Positions 24,475 to 37,873 of a DNA stretch of 64,000 bases are shown one piece after another. Location of the stretch: the NCBI GenBank assembly GCA_965153355.1, contig OZ231126.1, positions 31,000,001-31,064,000 on the forward strand, in the 5' to 3' direction. Source of the stretch: Flaccisagitta enflata (Eukaryota). The position numbers and the translations under genes are program-made. How positions within the stretch are numbered: position 1 is the stretch's first letter; each line of letters opens with the position of its first letter. The notes beneath the pieces are model-generated. The model saw nothing but the letters and a program-made list of their open reading frames with translations. It made no database searches and was not told where the DNA came from.

Positions 24475-25030
24475 TAACCTGTTGTATTTTGGGCTGAGCA
24501 CCTCTGACCACAAAGAGCTGTCGTTTTTAGTTGCGGACACGCAATTCTGTAAGAGGCTTTGTCCGTCCGTCCGTTGGTCCATTGGTCCGTCGGTCTGTCC
24601 GTGGTGATCGAGATGAAAAGTGGCAAAATGAGCGTTTTAAACACTTTTTGTGTGTGGGAGTAGGGGTTGTGGTGTGGATGGGGGTTGGATGCCCCTGCCC
24701 ACCCGTCCGCAACGATATTGTGACCCCATGTCACTTATTGTTAAGTTCTAACCTAATGGATTTTGGGCTGAGTACCTCTAACCACAAAGAGCTGTCGTTA
24801 TTGTTAAGTGCTGATTTGTTGTATTTTGGTCTGAGCACCTCTGACCAAAAAGAGCTGTGGTTTTGTTAGGTGCTAACATGTTGTATTTTGGGCTGAGCAC
24901 CTTCAACCACAAAGAGCTGTCGTTTTTGCTAAGTGCTAATCTGTTTTATTTTGGGCTGAGCATCTCCAACCACAAAGAGCTGTCGTTTTTGGTAAGTGCT
25001 AACCTGTTGAATTTTGGGCTGAGCATCTTC
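24475..25030 (-). repeat. ~63-bp tandem array derived from a GALNT exon end plus splice donor (~6 copies, interrupted by a HINE)
   Basis: GCTGAGCA-like motif at 24492, 24767, 24830, 24892, 24955, 25018; the top unit overlaps the exon. Confidence 0.8.
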
Positions 25031-25093
25031 AACAATAAGGCATTGGAGCGGCGATCGAATCAAGTCGCCCGGAGATTTTGTCCACATAAATCC
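25004..25093 (-). CDS. GALNT-like 90-nt exon (ricin-B lectin)
   Basis: CAG|GFMWTKSPGDLIRSPLQCLIVEDAQPKIQQ|GTTAGC; phase 0 at both ends, consistent with the neighbouring exons. Confidence 0.8.
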
Positions 25094-25530
25094 CTGTTGC
25101 ATTTGGAATAAGAATTAGATTACGATTAAGATTAAGGCATTGTAGCGGCGATCGAATCAAGTCGCCCGGAGATTTTGTCCACATAAATCCCTGTTGCATT
25201 TGGAATAAGAATTAGATTACGATTAAGATTAAGGCATTGTAGAGGTGATCGAATCAAGTCGCCCGGAGATTTTGTCCACATAAATCCCTGTTGCATTTGG
25301 AATAAGAATTAGATTACGATTAAGATTAAGGCATTGTAGTGGCGATCGAATCAAGTCGCCCGGAGATTTTGTCCACATAAATCCCTGTTGCATTTGGAAT
25401 AAGAATTAGATTACGATTAAGATTAAGGCATTGGAGCGGCGATCGAATCAAGTCGCCCGGAGATTTTGTCCACATAAATCCCTGTTGCATTAGGAATAAG
25501 AATAAAATTACGATTAAGATTAAGGCATTG
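25037..25530 (-). repeat. 97-bp tandem array (5 copies) made of acceptor + first 57 nt of the GALNT exon
   Basis: AAGGCATT at 25037, 25134, 25231, 25328, 25425, 25522. Confidence 0.92.
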
Positions 25531-25793
25531 GATTACACTTGTTAAGAACGACAAGGAAAGAGATCCAAATGGATAGTGATCAGGCAAGACTCTACTATTT
25601 TTTCTTTGACTCAGTGTCTTGTGTGGAGAATGATAACAATTTTTGATAAGATTTGTAATGATTTTATCCTAATAACATTCACAATTTTTTCATTATGAAA
25701 AAAAAGGATTTCCTTCAATGCACAAACACACTACACAGTACATAGTGCACACACTTGATTAAGGACTTGGTTAGAAATTTTGTAATGACAGAC

Positions 25794-26047
25794 CTGATTA
25801 GAAATTTTATAATGACAGACGTAGGCAATGACGCTTTCCACAGCTTGATAGACGTAGTTTGCAGTATCTAGGCACATGTTGAACTTGTCATTCCGAAGTC
25901 CGCCCCACGCGCGTACGTCCTCGTTGGGCACGACCAGTTCCGGATAAACAGTCTTTAAATACCACGAAAAGTCGCGACATTGAAGGCGATGACGTAATGA
26001 CACGCGGGAACTCACGTCACCGTAATCCAATGTGCTCAAATTCATGC
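25794..26047 (-). CDS. GALNT-like exon (end of catalytic domain, linker, start of lectin domain)
   Basis: DYGDVSSRVSLRHRLQCRDFSWYLKTVYPELVVP...WGGLRN...MCLDT...CH...NQ is characteristic of polypeptide GalNAc-transferases; acceptor ACACAG|, donor CAG|GTCTGT. Confidence 0.92.
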
Positions 26048-26549
26048 CTGTGTGTGTAGTTGTGCAATGTGTATTGGATTGGTTGGATTTCGTTTTTTGT
26101 TTATTTGTTTGTTTGTTTGTTTGTTTGTTTGTTTGTTTGTTTGTTTGTTTGTTTGTTTGTTTGTTTGTTTGTTTGTTTTGATTGTTTGTTTGTTTGTTTA
26201 TTTTGTTTGTTTGTTTGCTTGTTTGTTTGTTTATTTGTTTGTTTGTTTGTTTGTTTGTTTATTTGCTATGTTTGTTCATTTGTTTGATCGTATTTTCGTT
26301 TTGTTTTTTGATTTATTGTAGTTTTGTTTTTGTTTTGTTTGATTTTGTTTTTTGGTTTGTTTGATTGTTTATTTTTTGGTTTCCGTTTTTTGTTTGTGTG
26401 TTTGTGTTTTTGTTTGTGTCCGTGTTTGTGTTCAATTGGCGTATTGGGGAGAAACAATTGAGAGGGTGAGGGAGGTGGGGGGGAGGGGTTTGCGGTTTGA
26501 GAGATGGATTTCAAACAATCCAGAAATGGGCAAAGCCAAAGACCAACGC

Positions 26550-27030
26550 AAACTCACATTACCATTTTCGTTGATTTACCATAAGCATAGTTCATTTAGT
26601 AAACAAAGCAAACTCACATCACCCTAAGTATAGTCTATTGTAAACAAGGCGAACTCACATCACCCTAAGCATAGTCCATGGTAAACAAAGCAAACTCTCA
26701 TCACTATAAGCTTAGTCCATAGTAAACATGGCAAACTCACATCACCCTAAGCATAGTCCATAGTAAACAAGGCAAACTCACCACACTGTAAGCATAGTCC
26801 ATAGTAAACAAGGCAAACTCACATCACCCTAAGCATAGTCCATAGTAAACAAGGCAAACTCATGTCACCATAAGCACAGTCCATGATAAACAAGGCAAGC
26901 TCATATGACCATGAGAATAGTCCATGATAAACAAGGAAAACTCACATCATCAAAAGCATAGTCCATAGTAAACATGGCAAACTCACATCACCAGAAGCAT
27001 AGTCCATAGAAAACAAGCTCATTCCTGCAT
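26550..27030 (-). repeat. 41-bp tandem array (~11 copies) derived from a diverged duplicate of a GALNT exon start
   Basis: Unit ACTATGGACTATGCTTAGGGTGATGTGAGTTTGCCTTGTTT (minus strand); period 41. Confidence 0.8.
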
Positions 27031-27624
27031 GTGGGAGTTTGGAGGATGTTGAGGGGACAGAATGAGGCAAAAACAGAAAAAAAAAGAAAATGCTGTCTAT
27101 TCAAAGAGGAGTGAGGGAGATGAATTTTGAATAAGCAAGAGCAAACAATCGATAACTTCACCAATGCCCAGGAAGAGGGGAGGGTAAGTGGAGAGGGGGG
27201 GGGAGGGGGAGGGGGAGGGGGAGGGGAGGTGGGGTGATGAATGAAGAAAATGCAAGGTCAAACTACACAGTTTCACCCCGCTATAATGGATCTAAGAGTA
27301 ACGGAAAACTGATGGATATTAAAGTCTGGTCCCACACCTGTATTGAATGAAGTTTGTTACTCCTTTGACATTGATTATTACGGGGTTCAACTGTGCTGTA
27401 CTGTCGCGTTTCTTGTGTAGAGGAGGGGGAGGAGGAGGGGGTAGGGGAGGGGGTAGGGAGGAGGAGGAGGCAGAAGAAAAGGGAGATCGAACGGAGAGGG
27501 ACATGTGGTCAAATAGAAATGAATCATCAGAGATGAAACGGACAGATGGACGGACAGACAGACCCTCTTAGAGAGATGCGAGGATGCATCTAAAACGAAA
27601 AGGATAAAGAGGAAGGACAAGAAG

Positions 27625-27857
27625 TAGAAGAAAAGGAAAAGAAGAAGAAGAAGAAGAAGAAATAGGGGGAGAAGAAAAAGAAGAAGAGAAGAAGAGGAGG
27701 AAGAAGAGGAAGACGAAGAAGAAGAAGGATGAGAAAAAGAAGAAGAGGAAGAAGAGGAGGAAGAAGACAAAGAAGAAGACGAAGAAGAAGAAGAAGAAGA
27801 AGAAGAAGAAGAAGAAGAAGAAGAAGAAGAAGAAGAAGAAAGGAGAAGAAGAAGAAG

Positions 27858-27889
<32 letters not shown>

Positions 27890-28330
27890 GAAGAAGAAGA
27901 AAAAGAAGAAGAAGAAGAAGAAACAGAGTAAGAAAAAGAAGAGAAAAGAAGAAGAAGAAGAAGAAGAAGAAGAAGAAGAAGAAGAAGAAGAAGAAGAAGA
28001 AGAAGAAGAAGAAGAAGAAGAAGAAGAAGAAGAAGAAGAAGAAGAAGAAGAAGAAGAAGAAGAAAAAGAAGAAGAAGAAGAAGAAACAGAGTAAGAAAAA
28101 GAAGAAGAAGAAGGAAAAGAAGAAGAAAAAGAAGAAGAAGAAGAAGAAGAAGAAGAAGAAGAAGAAGAAGAAGAGAAGAAGAAGAAGAAGAAGAAGAAGA
28201 AGGAAAGGAAGAAGGAATTGAAGAGGAAGAAGTTGAAGAAAAAGAAAAAGAAGAAGAAGAAGAAGAAGAAGAAGAAGAAGAAGAAGAAGAAGAAGAAGAA
28301 GAAGAAGGAAAAGAAGAAGAAGAAGAAATA
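27625..28330. repeat. (GAA)n microsatellite
   Basis: Directly visible. Confidence 0.95.
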
Positions 28331-28344
28331 GTCGCAAAAGCGTT

Positions 28345-29205
28345 ACATGGTCAGCGGTACCCGATGCCCCTATGTTAGTTTTTTTTGCTATTAGATGAGT
28401 AGGGCAGCGGCCCCGGAGGGACCGATGACCTATGATTCCACGCTGGACAATTACAGGGCCTTTAATACCTAATTTTGTGTCTAAATAGCCTGATTTGAGG
28501 TCTTAGTTGCCTGATTTAAGGTTTAAGATGCCTGATTTGAGGTCTGAGAGGTTTCAGAAGCTTGTTTTGGAGCTTAGAGGCCTGATCTTGGGTCTAATTC
28601 AGGGTCGGAGGCCTGCTTGTAGGCTGGGAAGGGCTGATGTGGGTCTGATAGGCCTAGTTTGAGGTCTCGAAGATCTGATTTTGGGTTTGAAAGGCCAGAT
28701 TTGGATCTGAGAGAGCTGGATTAAGTACTGAAATGCCTGAATTAGGGTCTGAGAGGCCTGATTTGAGGTCTAGATGGCCTGATCAGAGGCTCAAAAGGCC
28801 TGATAAGGGGTCTGTCAAGGCCTGATTTTAGATCTGAAAGGCCTGATTGGGGTTCTTAGAGGCCTGGTTAGGATTCAGGAGGCCTAATTTGAGTTCTGGA
28901 AAGCCTGATTGTGGGTCAGACAGGCCTGATTGAGGCTCTGAAAAGCCTAAATTGAGGTCTGGAAGGCCTGATTTGAGATCTGATAGGCCTGATTGAGGTC
29001 CTGAGAGGCCTAGATTGGAGTCTGGAAGCTCTGATTTGGGATCTGATAGGTCTGATTGGGGGTCTGAAAGGCCTATTTTGAGGCCCAGGAGGTTATTTTC
29101 TAGGCCGGGGGGGGGGACAGACGGACGGACGGACGGACGGAAACCGGAAAATTTGCCCTATGTGGAATCATAGGTCATCGGCCCCTCCGGCGCCGCTCCC
29201 CAAAA
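28345..29205. mobile_element. HINE-like element(s) with internal ~21-bp AGGCCTGATTTGAGGTCTGAG repeats
   Basis: GGTCAGCGGTACCC and GGCAGCGGCCCC family motifs, (GGAC)n microsatellite, GCCGCTCCCCAAAA end. Confidence 0.55.
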
Positions 29206-29304
29206 GGATAAGGTGAATAATGACTGAAAAGTGAAAGTATCATCATAAAAGTGACAGAAAAATAAAACTAACAAATGCCTTTCATAAACCTAGAAACGCA
29301 AAAA

Positions 29305-29338
<34 letters not shown>

Positions 29339-29906
29339 CAAATACTATGGGGGAAGAAAAAAAAAAGCCCAGGAAGAGGCACAAAAGGACAAAGAGGAGG
29401 AAAAGGAGAAGCAGGAGAAAGAGAAGGAGGAGAAGGTGGAGGAGGAGGTGGAGGAGGAGGTGTGGGAATATCTGGGGAAAATAACAAAGTGAATAATCTC
29501 AAAAGCGTTGTATGGTCAGCGTTTCCCGATGGCCCCAAGTAAGTATATGTGGAAAAGAGATGGTGAGAGGGGCAGTGGCCCTGAAGAGACCACTGACCCA
29601 TGATTTGGCAGAAGAATCATCGTCAGAATTTGGCTGTTTGTAGTTCGCGTTTCATGGCTGTGATTTAGGCTTGGAGGCTGGAATTTAGACTTTAGGTCTG
29701 GGATTTGGGATTCAAGACTAGGATTTGAGTTTTGAGGCTGGAATATGGGCCTGAAGACTTGGATTTAGGCTTTGAAGCCAGGGTTTGGGTCTCATACTAC
29801 GGGGGGGCGGGGATCGATGGACAAACAGACAAATGGACGGACAGCACGATTGATGAGTGGATGTATGGACAGTCGGAGGAGAACATTCCCCATATGTTAA
29901 GGCATA

Positions 29907-30498
29907 CAGTACGATGGGAGCAATGACGACCTAGACTGGAGGATAGATTTTAGGTACCTTAATTTTGTTTATATCATAAAGTATTTGAGATCTAGGGTAA
30001 TTAAAGGTTGCTTTATTGAGTGAAAATTTTTGCGTCTCTCAAACTTCAACTTGCACCTTGAGTCTTGACCTCATCAAGACTTCATTTTTCAAAATTCATT
30101 AAATTGGGTTGAAAATTTTATATGGTTTTGAAAAAAAAATCAGCTAAATTTGTCCATTTTTACAGGTTTTATGGCCATTTTAAGTTTTGCCCAAAAATTG
30201 ATTTGCATAACTATTGTTTATTAAACATAGCCGTAAAACCTGTAAAAATGGTCCCATTGAGCTGATTCTTTTTTCGAAATTAAATTAAATTTTTCGCTCG
30301 ATCTAACAAAAATGGTTAGAACCTTGAAAAATAAAGTCTTGATGAGGTCAAGTCACAAGTTGAGTTGAGACGCAAATGCATTCACTCAATAGAGCGACCT
30401 TTAATTAGCCTAGATCTCAAATATTTCATGATACAAATGAAATTAGGATACCTAAAATCTAACCTCCAATCTAGGTCGTCATTGCTCCCATCGTACTG
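29907..30498. mobile_element. Foldback MITE, Tc1/mariner-type, nested in a HINE-like element
   Basis: TA|CAGTACGATGGGAGCAATGACGACCTAGA ... TCTAGGTCGTCATTGCTCCCATCGTACTG|TA with long internal inverted symmetry. Confidence 0.85.
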
Positions 30499-30918
30499 TA
30501 TGTCATCAGTCCCTTCGAGCCCACCGCCCAAAAAATGAATGAAGAAGTAGTCCGTGCGCAAACGTAAAGAAAAGGGAAAAAAGTAGAAGCTGAAGAAGAC
30601 GCAAGAGACATTTCGGAAGAAGACTCTTGATGTGTGGGCGACAGGAAGAACGTCTACTACATAACCTTTGCTCTCGAAAGTCTATACACTCTATTGTTCA
30701 TTCTGTCTAGTAACTCTCTACTTGGCTTTGTTGTTTGTGTGATTTATAACTCTTTCCGGGAGTTAGCTTTTAGCAATATGAATCTTAACAAAAAGAAACA
30801 ACTATCTATGATTCATTTGAACATCTTTTTCGTTGCCAAACTGTCTTTAGATTTCCGTTTTGTTTGATCTTTAAGCATTTTTTCGCTTTTATTCTCTCAG
30901 CATCGCAAAAAGTTGGTA

Positions 30919-31460
<542 letters not shown>

Positions 31461-31644
31461 AATTCATTACATTAGAGGAGACAACAATGACAGTAGCAAC
31501 ATGAACGGTAAATGAAATGTATGAGTGTTGAACCTGTCACTGGTTAACACAAAGTATTCATATCATGTAGAATTTTTTGACACATGAAACTGAAAGTGAG
31601 ACGATTGGTATGCAAATCGAATGTCGGTATGTCACTGGATGCAG

Positions 31645-31705
<61 letters not shown>

Positions 31706-31709
<4 letters not shown>

Positions 31710-32024
31710 CTGGCCCTGAGCCCCGCTCAACCCCGTTCTGCTTGCGCCTGAGCCCCCCTTTTTGATTCGGGCCTCTCCTCTCTTCTTCTTCTTCCGCATT
31801 TTACCGGTTCAAGCGCTATAAAAGCGACGATGATTATGATTCTAGGCATTCTCTCTTCCTTCTTTTGGAGATCGATCGATTCTCATTGGCTTCGTTACCG
31901 CTTTCACGCTAATAAAGACATTCTCGGGCGATATCGTTCTTCTTTCTTCTTCTTTTAGTGCAGGTTTGCTCAGGCTTAGCTCATTTCAGTTACGATTAGC
32001 TCATCCTCGAACAATCCTCACCGG
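31706..32024 (+). repeat. 5' LTR (GCGCC...CACCGG)
   Basis: Appears identical to 47898-48216; contains a TATA box (CTATAAAAG, ~31817) and AATAAA (~31911) in U3-R-U5 order. Confidence 0.88.
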
Positions 32025-32034
32025 TGGCGCCCAA
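32025..32034 (+). promoter_or_regulatory. Primer-binding site, tRNA-Lys(CUU)-like
   Basis: TGGCGCCCAA directly abuts the LTR end and is complementary to the 3' end (UUGGGCGCCA) of tRNA-Lys. Confidence 0.75.
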
Positions 32035-32401
32035 TGGTGCTCAACCATTCCAGATTCTTTTTTTCCCTCCCAATAGCAGGATCGCGGAATTAAAGACGGA
32101 CACGACCCCAATCGATTTTTTTTCAGCGCCGGGAGACACGATTACGGGATACGAATTTCGTGGTGGACATGGCGAATGGAAGTGGCGAACGGACGTGGCG
32201 AATGGAAGTAGCGAACGAATATGGTGAACAAACGTGGTGAATGTAGCGAACGAACGCGGTGGACGTGGTGAACGAATTTCGTGATGGACCACACGGGATA
32301 ATGCGTAGAGGAAGAAGATACAAATACTAGTGGACGTAAGACCCACCCGAGTCCCACCCGCCAATCATTTCTATCTTCTTTTCCTTTTCTCTTTCTTTCT
32401 C

Positions 32402-32489
<88 letters not shown>

Positions 32490-32542
32490 TTTTTCTTTCT
32501 TATTTTCTTACTTTCTTACTTTCTTACTTTCTTACTTTCTTA

Positions 32543-32589
<47 letters not shown>

Positions 32590-32666
32590 TTTTCATTTCT
32601 TTGTTTCTCTTTGTTTCTCTTTGTTTCTTTGTTTCTTTCTTCTTTTTCTTTCTTTCTTTCTTTCTT

Positions 32667-32800
<134 letters not shown>

Positions 32801-33223
32801 TCTCTCTCATTTCCTTTTCAAAGAGGACAAACTTTTAAATCGCGTCAATGCAACTCTCTAAGCCGCAGTTATCTACGAAAACAAAAAATTATTTATAACA
32901 AAACAAAACAAAACGAATCAGAACAAAATAAAACAAAAACAAAAAAAAACAAAAACAAAACGAAACGAAACGATTCATCAGTAAGTCGCGTCATTTTCAT
33001 CACATTTCTTTTTTTAACACCTCAAATACCCTTAGTTGCGCGTTTAACTTGGTTTTCGAATCCAATCAAAACGAATTTTTTTTCATAATCGCGATGGTGT
33101 GAGCGAAAGCATGATACGCAAATTCATGGAAATTTGAGAACCTGAATCCTACCTGTCCCGTCCATAAGCACTTTCTTTCATTATTTCTTTTCTTTCTTAT
33201 CTTTCTTTCTTATCTTTCTTTCT

Positions 33224-33299
<76 letters not shown>

Positions 33300-33333
33300 T
33301 TCCGTTCTTTCTTTCTTTCTTTCTATTTTTCTT

Positions 33334-33440
<107 letters not shown>

Positions 33441-33792
33441 ATCTCTCTCTCTTTCTTTCTAATTTTTTCCTTTTAGCAGGAACAGATTTTAGTCGCGTGG
33501 ACGCAACTGGCCATCGATCGATCGGTCCGTCTGTTCAACATCAGTAACAACACGGTGGGAACGCATTAACGTGGTGATGGTGACGGTGACATGATAAGGC
33601 GTTGACCCAAAATCATAGGTTGCGAAGGCACGAAAAATGGCATCAACAACGCAGTGAGAACGCATCAACGTAGTGGCGGTGCGTTGACACAATACGGTGA
33701 CGGTTGACGGTTTACGCAAATTATGGGACGCAAACGCATTAACGTGGAGATGGTGACGGTGACATGAGACGGCGTTTTTATCTGTGTCAGTC

Positions 33793-33960
<168 letters not shown>

Positions 33961-34025
33961 TTTTCTTCCTACATTCCTTCCTTCCTTCCATTCCTCCGTC
34001 CTTTCTGTTTTTATCTGTGTCAGTC

Positions 34026-34110
<85 letters not shown>

Positions 34111-34247
34111 TTCTTTCTTTCTTTCTTTCTTTCTCCTTTTTCCTTTTCTTCCTTCATTCCTTCCTTCCTTCCATTCTTCCGTCCTTCCTTCCTTCCTCCC
34201 TTCCTTCCTTCCTCCCTTCCTTTCTTTCTTTCTTTCTTATCATCATC

Positions 34248-34278
<31 letters not shown>

Positions 34279-34579
34279 TCATCGTCATCATCACCATCAC
34301 CATCATCATCATCATCATCATCATCATTATCATCACCACCACCCACGACGACCCACATTCACAATTTCGTGGAATGTAACCTGGGAAAACGACCCCGCTC
34401 TCGCCACCCACAGTCGGCTTTTGAAGAAGATCCAGTCTAAACAACGACAATTAAGAAGCACGGCCCAACCCAAAGCTGTCGATGGACGTATAACACTTTA
34501 CAAAATCGAGGTGAGTCTGCCAACCGGCAAATTCGTCTCTCTGTCTGTCTCTGTCTATCTGTCTCTGTCTATCTGTCTG

Positions 34580-34686
<107 letters not shown>

Positions 34687-35786
34687 CAGTTTGTCCGCAC
34701 TCTTTCTGATTGTCTGTTGATCTGATTGTCTGTTCATCCCCCCTCACCTTCCCCCCCACCTCCTGCCCCTCTTTACTGGACGTGGCCTAAAAACGCGACC
34801 CTGTGGAGAGACCACCAATCCAGACACTGCTGTCATCACCAGTCCTAAGAAAAGGCCTCAAAACATCTCACCTTTGCCTAGTTTCGTTTATCACCGACGT
34901 CTGGATTTCCGATTTAGCGGCAAGTCGGCCGCGCCTTTCCTTCTTCTTCTTCTTCTTCGTCTTCTCCTTTTCTTTTCCTCTTTCTTCTTCCATCTCTTCT
35001 TCTTCTTTTCCTTTTTCTTCTTCCATCTCTTCTTCCATCTCTTCTTCCATCTCTTCTTCCATCTCTTCTTCCATCTCTTCTTCCATCTCTTCTTCCATCT
35101 CTTCTTCCATCTCTTCTTCTTCTTCTTCTTCTTCTTCTTCTTCTTCTTCTTCTTCTTCTTCTTCTTCTTCTTCTTCTTCTTCTTCTTCTTCTTCTTCTTC
35201 TTCTTCTTCTTCTTCTTCTTCATCTTCTTCGTCTTCTCCTTCTTCTTTTCCTTTTTCTTCTTCCATCTCTTCTTCTTCTTTTCCTTTTTCTTCTTCCATC
35301 TCTTCTTCCATCTCTTCTTCCATCTCTTCTTCTTCTTCTTCTTCTTCTTCTTCTTCTTCTTCTTCTTCTTCTTCTTCTTCTTCTTCTTCTTCTTCTTCTT
35401 CTTCTTCTTCTTCTTCTTCTTCTTTATCGTATACATATATTTTTTTCTTCTTCCTAAAGTCAGGACGCCTTCAATCGGCGCATGGAATTCTTGCAAAATC
35501 ACAACCCCACCGAGTCCGGTGATAAAGACGATTGGATGGTCGGTCGGGCGGTCAATCGTTCATTAAAACGTCTTCTCAACAATTTCATTAGCAAAGACTC
35601 TCTCTCTGACGCAAGTTGTCATCGGTCGCATGCACGTCCAACACAAACTCGTTTGACCATCGGTTTGTACATCATTTTCTTTCGCTTCATCACCTTCACC
35701 AATCGTTAAAAGTAAGACAATCACAACAACATAAACAACAACATAAAAAACATAAACATCAGAAACAACATAACAACAACAACAGC

Positions 35787-35895
<109 letters not shown>

Positions 35896-36194
35896 TAAAA
35901 AAAACAACATCTCTTTTACTTTTCTACTTTGTTTGTTTGTTTATATGATTGTTTTTTGTATTTGTTTGTTTGTTTGTTTCGTTCTTTCTTCTGTTAAACA
36001 CGTTTATTCTTTCAGTAGTACAACGCCACAGATACGGATGGAATCGTAAGTCGGACGATCGTTTGGTCCTTTTCCGATAGCATCGTTGTCGGTGTTTCTC
36101 TTCCTTCCTGGAACTGTCAACGTCATCCCCAATCAAGTCGGTCGGTCGGACGGTCGGTCGTTTAATCTTCTTTCGTTGATAAGTCGCCATCATC

Positions 36195-36286
<92 letters not shown>

Positions 36287-36330
36287 TAAACATTCTACAC
36301 CTCTCCCTTTCTGATGAATTAATCCTACCA

Positions 36331-36615
36331 ATGGCGGGTAGACTGAAGGCAAGTATCAAATTGAGCAAGCACACCTTTAAAGATATAATACTGGGAGAAA
36401 TCATAGAAATAAGAGAACAGAGACCTAATCTTTCGGAAATTCAAGCTTGGTGGGAGCTAGTGGAGAGACTAGAGAAGACTAACTGTTTTCGAAACTTTCA
36501 AGAGATTCTTGACGTATGGGGCTTTGCTTTCGAGAGCGCACCAAATATTATCTTTCCACAGCTTTATGGTCTTCATTTGAATGACCTGAGAAGAAGAGCA
36601 GGCCTGTTGGACTGA
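36331..36615 (+). CDS. Small 94-aa ORF inside the LTR element, function unknown
   Basis: CCAATGG start, non-repetitive composition, fills the unique DNA between a (TC)n tract and the 16-bp array. Confidence 0.4.
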   Translation: MAGRLKASIKLSKHTFKDIILGEIIEIREQRPNLSEIQAWWELVERLEKTNCFRNFQEILDVWGFAFESAPNIIFPQLYGLHLNDLRRRAGLLD

Positions 36616-36619
36616 AAGA

Positions 36620-37832
36620 AACTCGACAATTGGCAAACGACAATTGGCGAATGACAATTCACGAACGACAATTGGCGAACAACGATTGGCCAACAACGAT
36701 TGGCGAAGGACGATTGGCAATTGGCGAACATCGATTGGTACACACAACGATTTGCAAACTTGACGATTGGCAAACTCAACAATTGACAAACTTGACAATT
36801 GACAAACTTAACGATTGGCAAACTCGACATTTGGCGAAGTCGACGATTGGCAAACTCGACGACAGGCAAACTCGAAGATTGGCGAACTCGACAATTGGCG
36901 TACGCGACAGTTGGCGATCTCGACAATTGGCGAACTTGAGGTTTGGCAAACTTGATGATTGGCAAACTTGACAATTGGCGAACTCAACAGCGAACTTGAA
37001 GATTGGCAAACTCGAAGATTAGCAAACTCAACAATTGGCGAACTTGACAATTGGCGAACTTGATGATTGGCGAAATCAAATACTTATGAACTCAACGATT
37101 GGCAAACTTCACGATTGGCAAACTCGAAGATTGGGAAACTAGACAATTAGCGTACACGGCGATTGGCGTTCTTTACAATTTGCGAATTCGACGATTGGCG
37201 AACTCAACAATTGGCAAACTCGACAGTTGGGGAACTTGAAGATTGGCAAATGCGATGATTGGTGAACTCGACAATTGGCAAACTCAACATTTGGCGAACT
37301 CATCGATTGGCGAACTCGATGATTGACGAACTCGACATTTGGCCAACTCGATGATTGGCGAACTTGACAATTAGAAAACTCAACAATTAGTTAATTTGAC
37401 AATTGGCAAACCAACAATTGTTAAACTTGACAATTTGCAAATTTACGATTTGTGAACTTGACAATTTGCAAACTTGACAATTACCAAACTCAAAGATAGG
37501 CACACTTGGCGATTGGGGAAATTCACGGTTGGGGAACTCGACAGTTGGCAAACTTGGCGATTGACAAACTTGGCAATTGGCGAACTTGATGATTGGCAAA
37601 CTCAACAATTGGCGAACTCAATGATTGGCCAACTCGATGATTGGCGAACTTAATGATTGGAAAACTTGGCAATTGGCAAACTCAACGATTGGTAGACTCA
37701 ACAATTGGTAAACTCGACGATTGGCAAACTCGATGATTGGCAAACTCAATGATCGGCAAACTCAATGATTGGCAAACTCGATGATTGGCAAACTTGATGA
37801 TTAGCAAACTCGACGATTGGCGAACTTGACAA
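36620..37832. repeat. Degenerate 16-bp tandem array (ATTGGCAAACTCGACG) directly upstream of gag
   Basis: About 1.2 kb of units, most containing ATTGG (a reverse CCAAT). Confidence 0.9.
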
Positions 37833-37873
37833 TAGGATTTAATACCTTGTACTTCTCCCACCTCTACATCAAC

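Noticed and set aside
34345-34510. Captured coding exon ending at GAG|GTGAGT
   Set aside because: No clear acceptor and no recognisable protein similarity
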